A stretch of 64,000 nucleotides of DNA, taken from Candidatus Zhuqueibacterota bacterium (lineage in GTDB: Bacteria > Zhuqueibacterota > Zhuqueibacteria > Thermofontimicrobiales > Thermofontimicrobiaceae). The notes beneath the pieces are model-generated. The model ran no database searches. It worked only from the letters and a program-made list of their open reading frames with translations, and had not been told where the DNA came from. This document shows, piece by piece, positions 52,276 to 63,046 of this stretch (position 1 is the first letter of the stretch; the number at the start of each line of letters is the position of its first letter). The DNA lies in the NCBI GenBank assembly GCA_049322915.1, contig JBMOPW010000013.1, positions 62,111 through 126,110 of the forward strand. The letters are read 5' to 3'. The position numbers were made by a program, and so were the translations under genes.

Positions 52276-52702
52276 CGCTGATGACACGGATTTTCACGGA
52301 TTTGAAAAGACTTTTTTTTAGTGAAATCGGAGATCACTGTGAAGAGATTTTTTTTCAGAATTTTTTTTCTGATAGCCTCCATCTCTCAAATCGTTGCCGT
52401 TGAGTTTTTTGTCGCCACAACCGGCAGTGATAGCAATCCCGGCACAAAAGAAAAACCGTTCGCGGCGACGGAATTTACGACAGCGTCCAAATCAGCATAG
52501 AACGCGGATGACGCTGATGACACGGATTTTCACGGATTTGAAAAGACTTTTTTTAGTGAAATTGGAGATCGCTGTGAAGAGATTTTTTTTCAGAATTTTT
52601 TTTCTGATAGCCTTCTACTCTCAAATCGTTGCCGCTGAGTTTTTTGTCGCCACAACCGGCAGCGATAAAAATCCCGGCACAAAAGAAAAACCGTTCGCGG
52701 CG
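52232..52702 (+). repeat. Diverged tandem duplication (236 + 235 bp) of a gene junction
   Basis: 52232-52467 versus 52468-52702, both ACGGAATTTACGAC...CCGTTCGCGGCG, with multiple substitutions and one indel. Confidence 0.92.
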
Positions 52703-54805
52703 CTGGAAAAGGCGCGCGACGCCGTTCGGAAAATGAAAGCGATCTCGGGGATCCCCGGCGAGGGGTTCACCATCTGGCTTCGGGGCGGGAGATATTTTCT
52801 TCACACAACATTCGAACTGAACGAAGGCGATTCCGGTTCTGAGGCCTCGCGCGTGGTGTACCGCGCCTATCCCGGCGAGCAGGTCTCCATCTCCGGTGGA
52901 AGAGCGCTGCCGGCGTCTCTGTTCAAAGCAGTGACCGATGAAAGAATTCTCAAACGGCTGCCGGACATCTCCCGCAGACATGTTTTGCAGGCCGATCTGA
53001 AATCATTCGGCATTGAAGATTTCGGCGCGCACGGACAATTCGGTCACGCCCTGCCGGTGGCGCCAGCGCCCCTGGAGCTGTTTTTCAATCACGACGTGAT
53101 GCCGTTGGCGAGATACCCCAACAGTAGCTTCATCCCCATGGGCCGGGTGATCGACGCCGGCTCGATTCCCCGCATCCGCGATTACGATCATATCCGCGGC
53201 GGCACCTTCGAATACACGGACGAGCGCCATTCGCGCTGGGTCGATTGTCCCGATGTCTGGCTGCAAGGCACATTCAAACACGGTTTTGCCGACGACAAGA
53301 TCAAAATCGAGACCATCGATACGACCCGCCGGCGCATCACATTGAGTACCCCGCATCTGTACGGGCTGGGCCACGGCGAGCCGCACACGCAATACGTCGC
53401 GCTCAATATTCCCGAAGAGCTGGACGCGCCCGGGGAATGGTACATGGACAGGCAGAGCGGCATTCTCTATTTTTGGCCGCCATCGGATATTGCCAATGCG
53501 GAAATTGCAGTATCCATGCTGGAAGCGCCGCTGGTGGCGATGGAGGGCGTTTCGTACCTCACATTCCGCGACATCATTTTTGAAGAGACGCGCGGCATGG
53601 GAATTTACATCGAGCGCGGCCGGGGCAATCTGATCGCAGGCTGCACCTTGCGCAACATCGGCACCTCCGCCATCTTCATGGGACAGGGCGCGCGGCAAAC
53701 CTTTCCGCACATCACGCACGATGATTACGAGGGCGTTCCTGTATCGCGGGAAATCGGCAATCTCCAGGGCCACATTTACAAATACACTGCCTGGGACCGC
53801 AAGGCAGGCTACCATCACGGGGTGTTGAGCTGCGATATTTACAATACCGGTTGCGGCGGCGTTTACCTCAGCGGCGGCAGAAAGAAGGACCTGATTCCCG
53901 GCCATTGTTTTGTGGAGAACTGCCGCATTCACGACTACAACCGGCGCAACAAATTTCTCTGGGCCGGCGTCAATGTCGATGGCTGCGGGAATCGCATCGC
54001 CCACAATGAAATCTACAATTCCGATTTTCAGGGCATTTACGTGCATGGCAATGACCATGTATTCGAGTACAATTCCATTCACCACACAGCGTTGAATTCC
54101 AACGACACATCGCCGTGGTACATTGGCCGCGACCCCAGCGACCGCGGCAATATCATCCGATACAACTTTTTTCACCACTGCGGGAATCCTGCGCACCGCT
54201 GGACCATGGGCGTCTATTTCGACGACGCCAGTTGCGACGCGCTGGTCGAGGGCAATGTCTTTTACAAGGTCGGGTCCTACGGCACAATTTACAGCAATGC
54301 CGGCTCCGATCTGGTCGTTCGCAACAATATCTTCGTCGCCGGATACGGCCCCGTGCTTCACATCAAATCCATGTGGTACGATTTCGCACTGGGCCAGAGG
54401 GATTATTTCTTCGGCGACGATGGCGTGTACCGGCGCCGGCTGACGCAGGAGGTGAATATCAAAGAACCGCCGTACAGCGTGCGGTATCCGGAACTGGTCA
54501 CGTGGCTGGATTTAATGGAGGATGGCGAGACATACGCCGGCATGTATCCCCGGCGAAACCTGTTCGAAAAGAACCTGATTTACAAATACGATCAGACCTA
54601 TGTCTACACCGGGGAATACGCCCGCTTTGACTTGCGTGACAATTTCATCGCGCTGGACGATCCCGGTTTCATCGATCTGGAAAATTTGAACCTGCAATTG
54701 AAAGACGATTCGATTGTCTATTCAAAGCTACCCGGATTTGAAAAGATACCGTTTGAAAAAATTGGCCTCTACGAGGATGAATTTCGGAACCGAATTAAGC
54801 AATAA
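52574..54805 (+). CDS. Secreted right-handed parallel beta-helix protein (pectin-lyase fold); start revised to GTG 52574
   Basis: SD GGAG, signal peptide, FFVATTGSDKNPGTKEKPF, LARYPN, ELDAPGEWY, many N-I-N-I rungs and GVYFDD. Confidence 0.85.
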   Translation: MKRFFFRIFFLIAFYSQIVAAEFFVATTGSDKNPGTKEKPFAALEKARDAVRKMKAISGIPGEGFTIWLRGGRYFLHTTFELNEGDSGSEASRVVYRAYPGEQVSISGGRALPASLFKAVTDERILKRLPDISRRHVLQADLKSFGIEDFGAHGQFGHALPVAPAPLELFFNHDVMPLARYPNSSFIPMGRVIDAGSIPRIRDYDHIRGGTFEYTDERHSRWVDCPDVWLQGTFKHGFADDKIKIETIDTTRRRITLSTPHLYGLGHGEPHTQYVALNIPEELDAPGEWYMDRQSGILYFWPPSDIANAEIAVSMLEAPLVAMEGVSYLTFRDIIFEETRGMGIYIERGRGNLIAGCTLRNIGTSAIFMGQGARQTFPHITHDDYEGVPVSREIGNLQGHIYKYTAWDRKAGYHHGVLSCDIYNTGCGGVYLSGGRKKDLIPGHCFVENCRIHDYNRRNKFLWAGVNVDGCGNRIAHNEIYNSDFQGIYVHGNDHVFEYNSIHHTALNSNDTSPWYIGRDPSDRGNIIRYNFFHHCGNPAHRWTMGVYFDDASCDALVEGNVFYKVGSYGTIYSNAGSDLVVRNNIFVAGYGPVLHIKSMWYDFALGQRDYFFGDDGVYRRRLTQEVNIKEPPYSVRYPELVTWLDLMEDGETYAGMYPRRNLFEKNLIYKYDQTYVYTGEYARFDLRDNFIALDDPGFIDLENLNLQLKDDSIVYSKLPGFEKIPFEKIGLYEDEFRNRIKQ

Positions 54806-54813
54806 GGACGACA

Positions 54814-55968
54814 ATGATACAGGATGGCATCCATGCCCTGCCGCGGCCGGAGAGAATACACCCTTCGGCGAAGAAACTGCGCGACGTCTACGCGATCACG
54901 CCGGAAGCGCCCTTTTTCCACAAGACCTTCGGACTCTGGTTCTGTCTGCCGGTGTGGTACGAAAACGGTCTGGATCAGAATACGAATATCGATGAGTTTT
55001 TCATGTTCGATCCGCCTGGCGTCCATGAACTCATGGAACTGGGCTGGTGCGAAGCCGCTTTTCTCCCCCGGTTCGAGGAAAAGATCATCGAAGACCGCGG
55101 CGACTATGAAATCGCGCAGGACTTTGCCGGCCGCCATATCCTGTATTTCAAAGGCCGGCGCCAGGGATTCATGCCGGAATATTTGACCCATCCGGTGAGA
55201 GATTGGAAGACCTGGGAAACGGACGTGAAATGGCGCATGAACCCCCATTCACAGGAGCGATTCGCCGGGTTGGAAGACCGCATGCGCACGGCCATTGAAA
55301 TGGCGGGGCAGGGCTACATGATGCAGCAGCGCATCGTCGGCGCGTACATGTATCTTCGCAGCCTCATCGGGCCTTTGGAATTGCTGTATTTTTTTCACGA
55401 CAAACCGGATCTGATCCATGAATGCATGCGCGCCTGGCTTGTCCTGGCCGATGCGGTGACGGCGAAACATCAACAGTACGTTACATTCGATGAAGTATTC
55501 TTCGGCGAAGATATTTGTTACAATCATGGCTCGCTCATCTCGCCGGATATGATTCGGGAATTTCTGTTCCCCTATTACCAGCAGCTCATCCGGAATATCA
55601 AATCCCGGCAAATCGATAAAACGCGGCATCTGTACGTTCAGGTCGATACCGACGGTTATTCCGTCCCGGTGATCGATCTGTATCGTGAAGCCGTCGGGCT
55701 GGATGCCATGTGTCCGTTCGAAGTGGCCTCCGGCTGCGATGTGGTCCGAACCGGGAAAGACTACCCGGATCTGGTCATCAGCGGCGGAATCGACAAGCGC
55801 ATCCTCGCTCAGGACAGGCAGGCGATTGACAGACATCTGGACTATATTTTGCCGGCCATGTGGAAGCGCGGGGGATATATTCCCACGTGCGACCACGGTG
55901 TGCCTGAGGAAGTGACCTGGGAAAATTACCTGCATTACAGGAAACGATGCGTCGAGTTTGGGAGATAG
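54814..55968 (+). CDS. Uroporphyrinogen decarboxylase/MtaA-like TIM-barrel protein
   Basis: FGEDICY-GSLISP, VDTDG, PFEVASG, GGIDKR and GGYIPTCDHGVP motifs. Confidence 0.85.
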   Translation: MIQDGIHALPRPERIHPSAKKLRDVYAITPEAPFFHKTFGLWFCLPVWYENGLDQNTNIDEFFMFDPPGVHELMELGWCEAAFLPRFEEKIIEDRGDYEIAQDFAGRHILYFKGRRQGFMPEYLTHPVRDWKTWETDVKWRMNPHSQERFAGLEDRMRTAIEMAGQGYMMQQRIVGAYMYLRSLIGPLELLYFFHDKPDLIHECMRAWLVLADAVTAKHQQYVTFDEVFFGEDICYNHGSLISPDMIREFLFPYYQQLIRNIKSRQIDKTRHLYVQVDTDGYSVPVIDLYREAVGLDAMCPFEVASGCDVVRTGKDYPDLVISGGIDKRILAQDRQAIDRHLDYILPAMWKRGGYIPTCDHGVPEEVTWENYLHYRKRCVEFGR

Positions 55969-56059
55969 CAGGCTGGTGAATTTTTAATTGGAATTGGCTG
56001 AAATCCGGAACGGTCGGACGAGCCTTTTCGCGTTCATTTCAGAGAGATGATGCCAATCG

Positions 56060-57184
56060 ATGTCCCGTGAAAATCAAGGAAGCGGTATGTCAGTCAATTT
56101 TTCAGCCGAGCGCTGGGAGAAAATTATACGCGATTGCGAGAAATGGTGGCAGGGCACACTGGGTCGCCCGCTGATTCAGATTCGATTGAAAGGCCGGCAG
56201 CCGGATCGCGACGAACCCTCGTTGCCATACTTCGAATTCACTTCGTTTTATGACGAGACCATTTCGGCTGAACACATCATCGATCGCATCGATTTTAAAC
56301 TGGCCGGCGTCACATTCATGGGCGACGCCTTCCCCCATTTCTGGCCGAATTTCGGGCCGGGAGTGATCGCCGCGTTCCTGGGCTGTCCCCTGAAAAACGG
56401 CGTGGACACAGTCTGGTTTCAGCCGGAGACGACGCCGGATATCCATTCGCTGTCGTTCCGATTCGATCCGGACAATTTCTGGTTCCGGCGAATATGCGAC
56501 ATCCTCCGCGCCGCGCAGGAACGCTGGGGCAATCGTGTTCAGTTGGGTCTGACCGACCTGGGCGGCAACCTGGATATTCTCTCCTCGTTTCGGCCATCGG
56601 AGAGTTTGCTGCTCGATCTGTACGACCACCCGGATCAGGTCCGGCGGCTGACGTGGGAAGCGCATCAGGTCTGGTGGGACTATTTCGAAGCGTTCAATGA
56701 GATTCAGGGCGCAACCAATCCGGGCACGACCGCTTGGGCGCCGATCTTTTCGCCTGGCCGGTATTACATGCTGCAATGCGATTTCTCGTACATGATCAGC
56801 CCGGCCATGTTCGATACTTTCGTCAAGCCGGAATTGGACGCGACCATCGCCCGGCTGGATCACCCATTTTATCATCTTGACGGCATTGGAGAATTGCCGC
56901 ACCTGGATGCACTGCTGCAGATGCCGAAATTGAAGGGCATCCAGTGGGTGCCCGGCGACGGCAAGCCGGATGTTTCGCGCTGGCCGGAAATTTACAGAAA
57001 AATTTCCGAGGCAGGGAAATTGACTCAATTTTTCAGCAGTCAGTACCACGGCAATCCCTTTGAACTCCTGGATGTATTACAGCGTCAACTGGGCGCAGTG
57101 GATAACATGGTTTACATGATCGACGCCCCGATCTCGCAGCAGCGCGAGGCGGAAAAATTACTGGAGCGGTATGGCTTTTCATAA
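56060..57184 (+). CDS. Divergent URO-D/methyltransferase-like TIM-barrel protein; start may be 56087
   Basis: NFGPG-AAFLG, TDLGG-D, QCDFSYMISPAMF, YHLDG and IQWVPG motifs. Confidence 0.75.
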   Translation: MSRENQGSGMSVNFSAERWEKIIRDCEKWWQGTLGRPLIQIRLKGRQPDRDEPSLPYFEFTSFYDETISAEHIIDRIDFKLAGVTFMGDAFPHFWPNFGPGVIAAFLGCPLKNGVDTVWFQPETTPDIHSLSFRFDPDNFWFRRICDILRAAQERWGNRVQLGLTDLGGNLDILSSFRPSESLLLDLYDHPDQVRRLTWEAHQVWWDYFEAFNEIQGATNPGTTAWAPIFSPGRYYMLQCDFSYMISPAMFDTFVKPELDATIARLDHPFYHLDGIGELPHLDALLQMPKLKGIQWVPGDGKPDVSRWPEIYRKISEAGKLTQFFSSQYHGNPFELLDVLQRQLGAVDNMVYMIDAPISQQREAEKLLERYGFS

Positions 57185-57292
57185 CAGCGGCTGGCGCATC
57201 GTTTCAGCCGTGGCGACGATTTTCCCGTTTCAAGCAGGAATCGAAAGCACTTTGGGCAGCGCACGTCATTTTCGAATCGGAAGGAATGACCC

Positions 57293-59476
57293 ATGATGGG
57301 CTTACCCCTCATCGACCTGGTTACAGTTTTTGCCTATTTTCTCTTTGTGATCATCGTCGGCGTCTGGGCCTCGCGCCGGATTCATTCGCAGGAGGACTAT
57401 TTCTTAGGCGGCCGCAAATTCGGCAAATTCATCCAGACGTTCGCCGCCTTCGGACAAAGCACTTCGGTGGAAAGCGCCGTGGGGACGACGGTCATCGTGG
57501 CGCGAAATGGCATGGCCGGCGTCTGGCAGTTGCTCACCAGCGTGCTGGGGCTGCCGATTTATTGGATCACTTCGGTCTGGTACCGGCGCATGCGGTTGCT
57601 CACTCTGGGCGATTTTTTCGAGGACCGCTATAACTCCCGGGGATTGGCCGCATTCTACGCCATTGTCAGTTCCGTCTTCTTCATGGTCGTGATTGGGCTA
57701 GGCTTCACTGCCATGACCAAAACAGTCACCGGCATCGCAGCCAGGCCCTACGAGTCACTCTCCGCTTTGGAGAAAAAGGAATACGACACCGCCGTCGAGC
57801 TGGAAAAGCTTGAAAGCACCGATGTCGATCTTCTGACGCCTGTGGAAGTTGAACGCATGGAGCAGCTTCGTCTGCAGGATCCACGCAAAGAATTTTCATA
57901 CCTGAGCGAAGGCGTCATCATCTGGGCAGTGGCGATCATCGTCATTTTCTATGCGGCGCTGGGCGGATTAGAGGCCGCCTACATCACCGACACGGTGCAG
58001 GGGATTTTCATCCTCATTCTTTCCATGCTGCTCCTGCCATTTGCTTTCATCAAAATCACCCGCGTTTTCGAAGTCAGCGGTCTCAGCGGGATATTACACG
58101 CCGCCCGGGCGCAACTGCCGCAATCGGCTTTCGAAATCTGGGGATCGCCGGATATGGTCGACTTCACCTGGTATTACATCGCCTCCCTGATTGTGATGAT
58201 ACAAATCAACGTCGCCATTCAGGCCAATCAACTGACTGCCTGCGGCTCGGCCAAAGACGAATACACGGCGCGATTCGGCTTCACGACAGGCATCTATCTC
58301 AAGCGCGCCACCACGCTGCTGTGGGGTATTTCAGCGATGATGCTGGTGATTCTGTACGGCAATGTCATAAAAAATCCGGATTACCTCTGGGGGCATGCCT
58401 GCCGTGACCTGCTCGCTCCGCTCGGACTTGGACTTGTCGGGCTGATGATCGCCTGCCTCATGGCCGCGCTCATGTCCACGGCGGATATGATGATGATTAC
58501 CACTGCCGGGTTGCTCACGCATAATCTCGTGCGGCCGCTATTCCCCCGGCTGGATGAAAAATTATACCTTCACATCGGCCGGGTGATTGGAATTATCGCC
58601 GTTGTCGGCGGGGTGCTGATCGCAACCCAATTTGACACGGTGTTCAACATGCTGAAATTGATCTGGGAATTCAATATAATCATGGCGGCCGCTTTCTGGA
58701 TGGGAATCCGTTGGCGTCGCGCCACGCGAGCCGGCGCATGGTGGTCCATGACATTCGCTCTGGTTTTCTTCATCCTGTTGCAGGTCATAATTCCAATTTT
58801 TCCCGGGGTGAGAACCAATCCCTATTTGGCCAAGACCGTCGAATCGATTCAGGTGGAGCGAACATACACCGCGCGCCCGGTGGATGCTGTTCAGCGGCGC
58901 CAGGCGATTGCGGTGTGGGAGCAACTCAATAAAATCGGGAAAGCAAAGGGGGAGCGGCCGGAGCCGCTCGTCCCGGGCCAGGAATTCATCAAAAAATATA
59001 ACACCCCTAAAAAATCCATTTTCTGGAGTCAGGGGATTAAACTCGCTGAGGATGGCCAGGTGACCGGCTCCGGCATGGTGAGCCTGGAACTGGTGATTGT
59101 GGATTGGCTCGGTTTCGATCTTTCGAAAAATCCACACGCGCTCAACGAGACCATTCGCATTATTCTTCGCACCACCTTGCCATTCATGATTCTGATTCTG
59201 GTCTCGTACCTCACCCTCCCGGACGATAAAAAACGGCTAGACCGATTTTTTGTGAAAATGAAAACCCCGGTTCATACCGATAAAGCAGAAGACCGCAAGG
59301 AAATGAATATGTCGTACCAGGATCCCTATCGGTTCGATCATAAAAAGATGTTCCCCCGTTCCAACTGGGAGATGGAGAAACTGGACCGAACCGACATCCG
59401 GGGCATTCTCTGGTTCACGGCAGGGGGATTGCTCATTTTAGCAATCGTGTATTTCATCGCGACGATTGGAAACTGA
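57293..59476 (+). CDS. Sodium:solute symporter family transporter
   Basis: EDYFLGGR, DFFEDRY, GGLEAAYITDTVQG and AALMST motifs; many TM helices. Confidence 0.9.
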   Translation: MMGLPLIDLVTVFAYFLFVIIVGVWASRRIHSQEDYFLGGRKFGKFIQTFAAFGQSTSVESAVGTTVIVARNGMAGVWQLLTSVLGLPIYWITSVWYRRMRLLTLGDFFEDRYNSRGLAAFYAIVSSVFFMVVIGLGFTAMTKTVTGIAARPYESLSALEKKEYDTAVELEKLESTDVDLLTPVEVERMEQLRLQDPRKEFSYLSEGVIIWAVAIIVIFYAALGGLEAAYITDTVQGIFILILSMLLLPFAFIKITRVFEVSGLSGILHAARAQLPQSAFEIWGSPDMVDFTWYYIASLIVMIQINVAIQANQLTACGSAKDEYTARFGFTTGIYLKRATTLLWGISAMMLVILYGNVIKNPDYLWGHACRDLLAPLGLGLVGLMIACLMAALMSTADMMMITTAGLLTHNLVRPLFPRLDEKLYLHIGRVIGIIAVVGGVLIATQFDTVFNMLKLIWEFNIIMAAAFWMGIRWRRATRAGAWWSMTFALVFFILLQVIIPIFPGVRTNPYLAKTVESIQVERTYTARPVDAVQRRQAIAVWEQLNKIGKAKGERPEPLVPGQEFIKKYNTPKKSIFWSQGIKLAEDGQVTGSGMVSLELVIVDWLGFDLSKNPHALNETIRIILRTTLPFMILILVSYLTLPDDKKRLDRFFVKMKTPVHTDKAEDRKEMNMSYQDPYRFDHKKMFPRSNWEMEKLDRTDIRGILWFTAGGLLILAIVYFIATIGN

Positions 59477-59555
59477 TCAACAGCCTGTGCGCGTTGAATT
59501 CAACGCGACACGCCCCTTTTCGTCGTGTCTGTTCATTCATTCAATCGAATCGCCC

Positions 59556-62500
59556 ATGACAATGCCAGATATCTACGCCGACATCGCTGCGAAAAGATTT
59601 AGCGAGCGGGAAAAAGAACTGATCGAGCCTCAGCCGGCGCAAGTCCCCCGGCGGATTCTTCCGCTGGATGAAACGCCCGGCCTGACCCGTTTTCCGGCAT
59701 TCACGAAAATGGATACGTGGGACGCGCTGCACGCCGAGCTGGAGTCGCAGCGAGTTCGGCATTCACCCTATCTGGAAAATCACGCGCCGGACATCGAATC
59801 CGGCCGCATCACCACCCGGCTGGGAAGTTTCGATTGGCGTATCGAATCAGATGCGGATCGATCCGATTTCTCTTCTGCGCTGCGCGGGGATGGACCCTGG
59901 GAAAAAGTGAGCATCCCCCATTACGGGCCGCCCCTGGGTCGCGCCGTGACATTCTATCGCACGACCTTCGAGTTGACGCCAGCCATGCTGGAAAAGGGCG
60001 CGCTGTTCATCTCGTTCAAAGGCGTGGATTACATCGCGCACGTGTTCGTGAACAATGCCTTTTTGGGTTCGCATCAGGGATTCTTTGCTCCGTTTCAATT
60101 TGAATTCACCAGACACGCCCGACCCGGTGAAAACGTTCTGCTCGTCCGGGTGGATAATGATTTCATCCACATGGGCAGTCGCAGCGAATCCAGTGAGACG
60201 CGCTATCAGGGCGATAAACTGTACGCGGCGACCGGCTGCGGCTACGACGACCCGGCCATCGGCTGGCACCATTGTCCGCCGGGGATGGGAATTTATCAGG
60301 ACGTGTTCGTCGACGCCCGAACCAGGCTGCATCTTCACGATATTTTTGTCCGGCCATTGCCGGAGAGCGAAAGCGCGGAAGTATGGGTGGAAATTTTCAA
60401 CTGCGATGTCAATCCGACGAAAGTCCTTTTGGAGCTTTCGCTGTATGGACAAAATTTTCAGCAGGTTATTTTCGAACAATTGACGTATCAGCCAGCCGGC
60501 ATCCACGTGCCCGGGCTGGGCGATGTGGCCAAGCGAACCGGGAAAGAAATTCCCCTGCTCATGGGGCCTGGCGTCAATCTTCTCAAAATACCTATTGCCA
60601 TCCCGGCGCCTCGCCTGTGGGAGCCGGCGTCGCCCTGGCTGTATCAAATTCAGGTGCGGCTGCTCGATGAAGGTGGCCATATTCTGGACGCTGGCAGCCG
60701 GCAATTCGGCATGCGTTCGTTTCGGATGGATGATCAAAACGAACCCCGCGGCCGATATTTTCTGAATGGCCGGCCCATCAAATTGCGCGGTGCCAATACC
60801 ATGGGGCACTTGCAGCAGTGCGTCTTGAAACGGAATTGGGATCAGCTCCGGGATGACATCCTGCTGGCCAAAATATGCAACATGAATTTCCTCCGGCTCA
60901 CCCAACGGCCGGTGCAGCCGGAGATTTACGATTTCTGCGACCGATTGGGATTGATGACCCAGACCGACCTGCCTCTGTTCGGCGTGCTGCGGCGCAATCA
61001 ATTCAGCGAAGCTGTGCGCCAGGCTGAGGAGATGGAGCGGCTGATCAGAAATCACGCCTGCGCAATTCAGATCAGCTACATCAATGAGCCGTTCCCCAAT
61101 GCCATGGACGAACCGCATCGGCATCTGCTTCGCGGTGAATTGCAGCATTTTTTCGAGGCGGCGGATAGCGTGGTGAAAATGAACAATCCGGATCGCGTCA
61201 TTAAAGCCGTGGACGGCGATTACGATCCGCCCGGGCCGGGCCTGCCGGACAATCATTGCTATTGCGGCTGGTACAATGGTCACGGTCTGGATCTGGGCAA
61301 ATTGCACAAAGGTTATTGGCAGAAAGTGAAACCAGGCTGGAATTACGGCTGCGGTGAATTCGGCGCAGAGGGCCTCGATCCTGTCGACGTGATGCGAACG
61401 TATTATCCCCGGGAATGGCTGCCTCAGAATCCGGATCAGGAAAAATCCTGGACGCCGAACAATATCGTCATGGCCCAGACCGGGCGATTCCATTATTTAT
61501 GGTTCGATACGCCGCATACGCTGAAAGACTGGGTGGCGGCGAGCCTCGCCCATCAGGCCTGGGTGACCCGGTTGATGACGCAGGCCTTTCGCCGGAATAA
61601 CGGCATGCACAGTTTCGCCATTCATCTGTTCATCGACGCATTCCCGTCCGGCTGGATGAAAGCCATCATGGATGTGGAACGCCGGCCCAAGCCGGCCTAT
61701 TTCGCCTACCGCGACGCACTGACGCAGGTGATGGTGAGTCTGCGCAGCGACCGCACCGCCTTTTTCTCTGGCGAAACAATTGCGGTCGAAGTCTGGATTT
61801 GCAACGATCTCAGCGAGCCGATCGCCGATGCTGCGCTGGCGTACACCGTCGAACTGGAGAACACTCCAATTCACAACGGGACCACGCGGCTCGACGTGCC
61901 GGCCTTTCAGAGCGTCTGTCACGGCCATCTGCAATTTCGCGCGCCGGATGTTTCAGCGCGCCAACGGCTGACCGTGCGTTTGGCTGTTTCTGACCGTTCC
62001 GGCCAGGCGCTGCACACCACCGAGGCAGCGTTCGGCATTTTCAAACCGATGGAACGCGCAGCGCGTCCGGCAGTGCACATCATCAGCACGCATCCCGAGC
62101 GATTGGCGCAGTTCGCCCGCAGCCTCGGACTGGATCCGGCCGGGGACCAAACGCTGGCTGCGCCGCAGCGAATACTCATCGATGATTTCTCCACGTTCAG
62201 GGCGCAGCAGCAGTCCATTCAGTCCGCGGTGCAGGAAGGCGCGATTGCCATTTTTTTCGAATTGCCACCGGGAACGCATCAAATCGCCGGGACGGAGATT
62301 GTCGTCACTGAGTGCGGCATGGGCGCGAGACACTTCGTCTCCCGCGCCACGCATCATCCCATGGTTCAGGAATTTCTCCCGGAGGATTTTAAATTCTGGT
62401 ACGACGCCGGGGTGGACTATCCGACACCATTGCTGTATTCCACATTTACAGCGCCAGGCTGGACGCCCATCCTCACGTCCGGCAATGGCGACTGGCAGGG

Positions 62501-62678
62501 CGATTGGTCGGCAGCTTTTGCCGCCGCTGAAAAGAAACAGGGCGCCGGGCATTGGCGGATATGTCAGGTCCAGCTCATGGACCGGCTTGAAGGCAATCCG
62601 GCAGCGACCATGTTTGCAATGAATTTATTGGAGACGCGACGTAACCGATCACAGGGTGATTTAAACAAAAACGGCTGA
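59556..62678 (+). CDS. Glycoside hydrolase family 2-like protein with C-terminal extension; no signal peptide; ORF track start is 59466
   Basis: FKGVDY-VFVN-H-G-F, LW-P-LY, FGMRSF, FLNG-LRGAN, CDRLGLM, INEP (acid/base) and GEFG (nucleophile). Confidence 0.85.
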   Translation: MTMPDIYADIAAKRFSEREKELIEPQPAQVPRRILPLDETPGLTRFPAFTKMDTWDALHAELESQRVRHSPYLENHAPDIESGRITTRLGSFDWRIESDADRSDFSSALRGDGPWEKVSIPHYGPPLGRAVTFYRTTFELTPAMLEKGALFISFKGVDYIAHVFVNNAFLGSHQGFFAPFQFEFTRHARPGENVLLVRVDNDFIHMGSRSESSETRYQGDKLYAATGCGYDDPAIGWHHCPPGMGIYQDVFVDARTRLHLHDIFVRPLPESESAEVWVEIFNCDVNPTKVLLELSLYGQNFQQVIFEQLTYQPAGIHVPGLGDVAKRTGKEIPLLMGPGVNLLKIPIAIPAPRLWEPASPWLYQIQVRLLDEGGHILDAGSRQFGMRSFRMDDQNEPRGRYFLNGRPIKLRGANTMGHLQQCVLKRNWDQLRDDILLAKICNMNFLRLTQRPVQPEIYDFCDRLGLMTQTDLPLFGVLRRNQFSEAVRQAEEMERLIRNHACAIQISYINEPFPNAMDEPHRHLLRGELQHFFEAADSVVKMNNPDRVIKAVDGDYDPPGPGLPDNHCYCGWYNGHGLDLGKLHKGYWQKVKPGWNYGCGEFGAEGLDPVDVMRTYYPREWLPQNPDQEKSWTPNNIVMAQTGRFHYLWFDTPHTLKDWVAASLAHQAWVTRLMTQAFRRNNGMHSFAIHLFIDAFPSGWMKAIMDVERRPKPAYFAYRDALTQVMVSLRSDRTAFFSGETIAVEVWICNDLSEPIADAALAYTVELENTPIHNGTTRLDVPAFQSVCHGHLQFRAPDVSARQRLTVRLAVSDRSGQALHTTEAAFGIFKPMERAARPAVHIISTHPERLAQFARSLGLDPAGDQTLAAPQRILIDDFSTFRAQQQSIQSAVQEGAIAIFFELPPGTHQIAGTEIVVTECGMGARHFVSRATHHPMVQEFLPEDFKFWYDAGVDYPTPLLYSTFTAPGWTPILTSGNGDWQGDWSAAFAAAEKKQGAGHWRICQVQLMDRLEGNPAATMFAMNLLETRRNRSQGDLNKNG

Positions 62679-63046
62679 AGCGTTTTCAGGAGTTCTTTTG
62701 GGATGATTATAACACCACGATGAATTGTAGTGTTAGTTCAACTCCACTTTGAATCAACACCATGATTCCCAGTATTGTCTCCTTAAAAAATATGGAACAC
62801 TGGGCAATACATCGCGGTGTTTACTGCATGAATGAAACATGTCCGCTGCCGTTTCACGGCTTCTCTATACATCCCGTGATCGGTTACGGCGTGACGTCTG
62901 TAAAATGGCATTTTAGAATTCTTTGTGGCGTGGTGACTTAACGGCAAGAAAACATGCCTGAATAGTGACAACATTAGAAGATAAAAGTATATAAAAATCC
63001 ACTTTCAAATTCACCATTAACTTCACACATGGTCAGAGGAAAAAAC

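Noticed and set aside
51226..57184. hemE assignment for the URO-D-like genes
   Set aside because: They lack the HemE RQAGR motif and there is no tetrapyrrole context.
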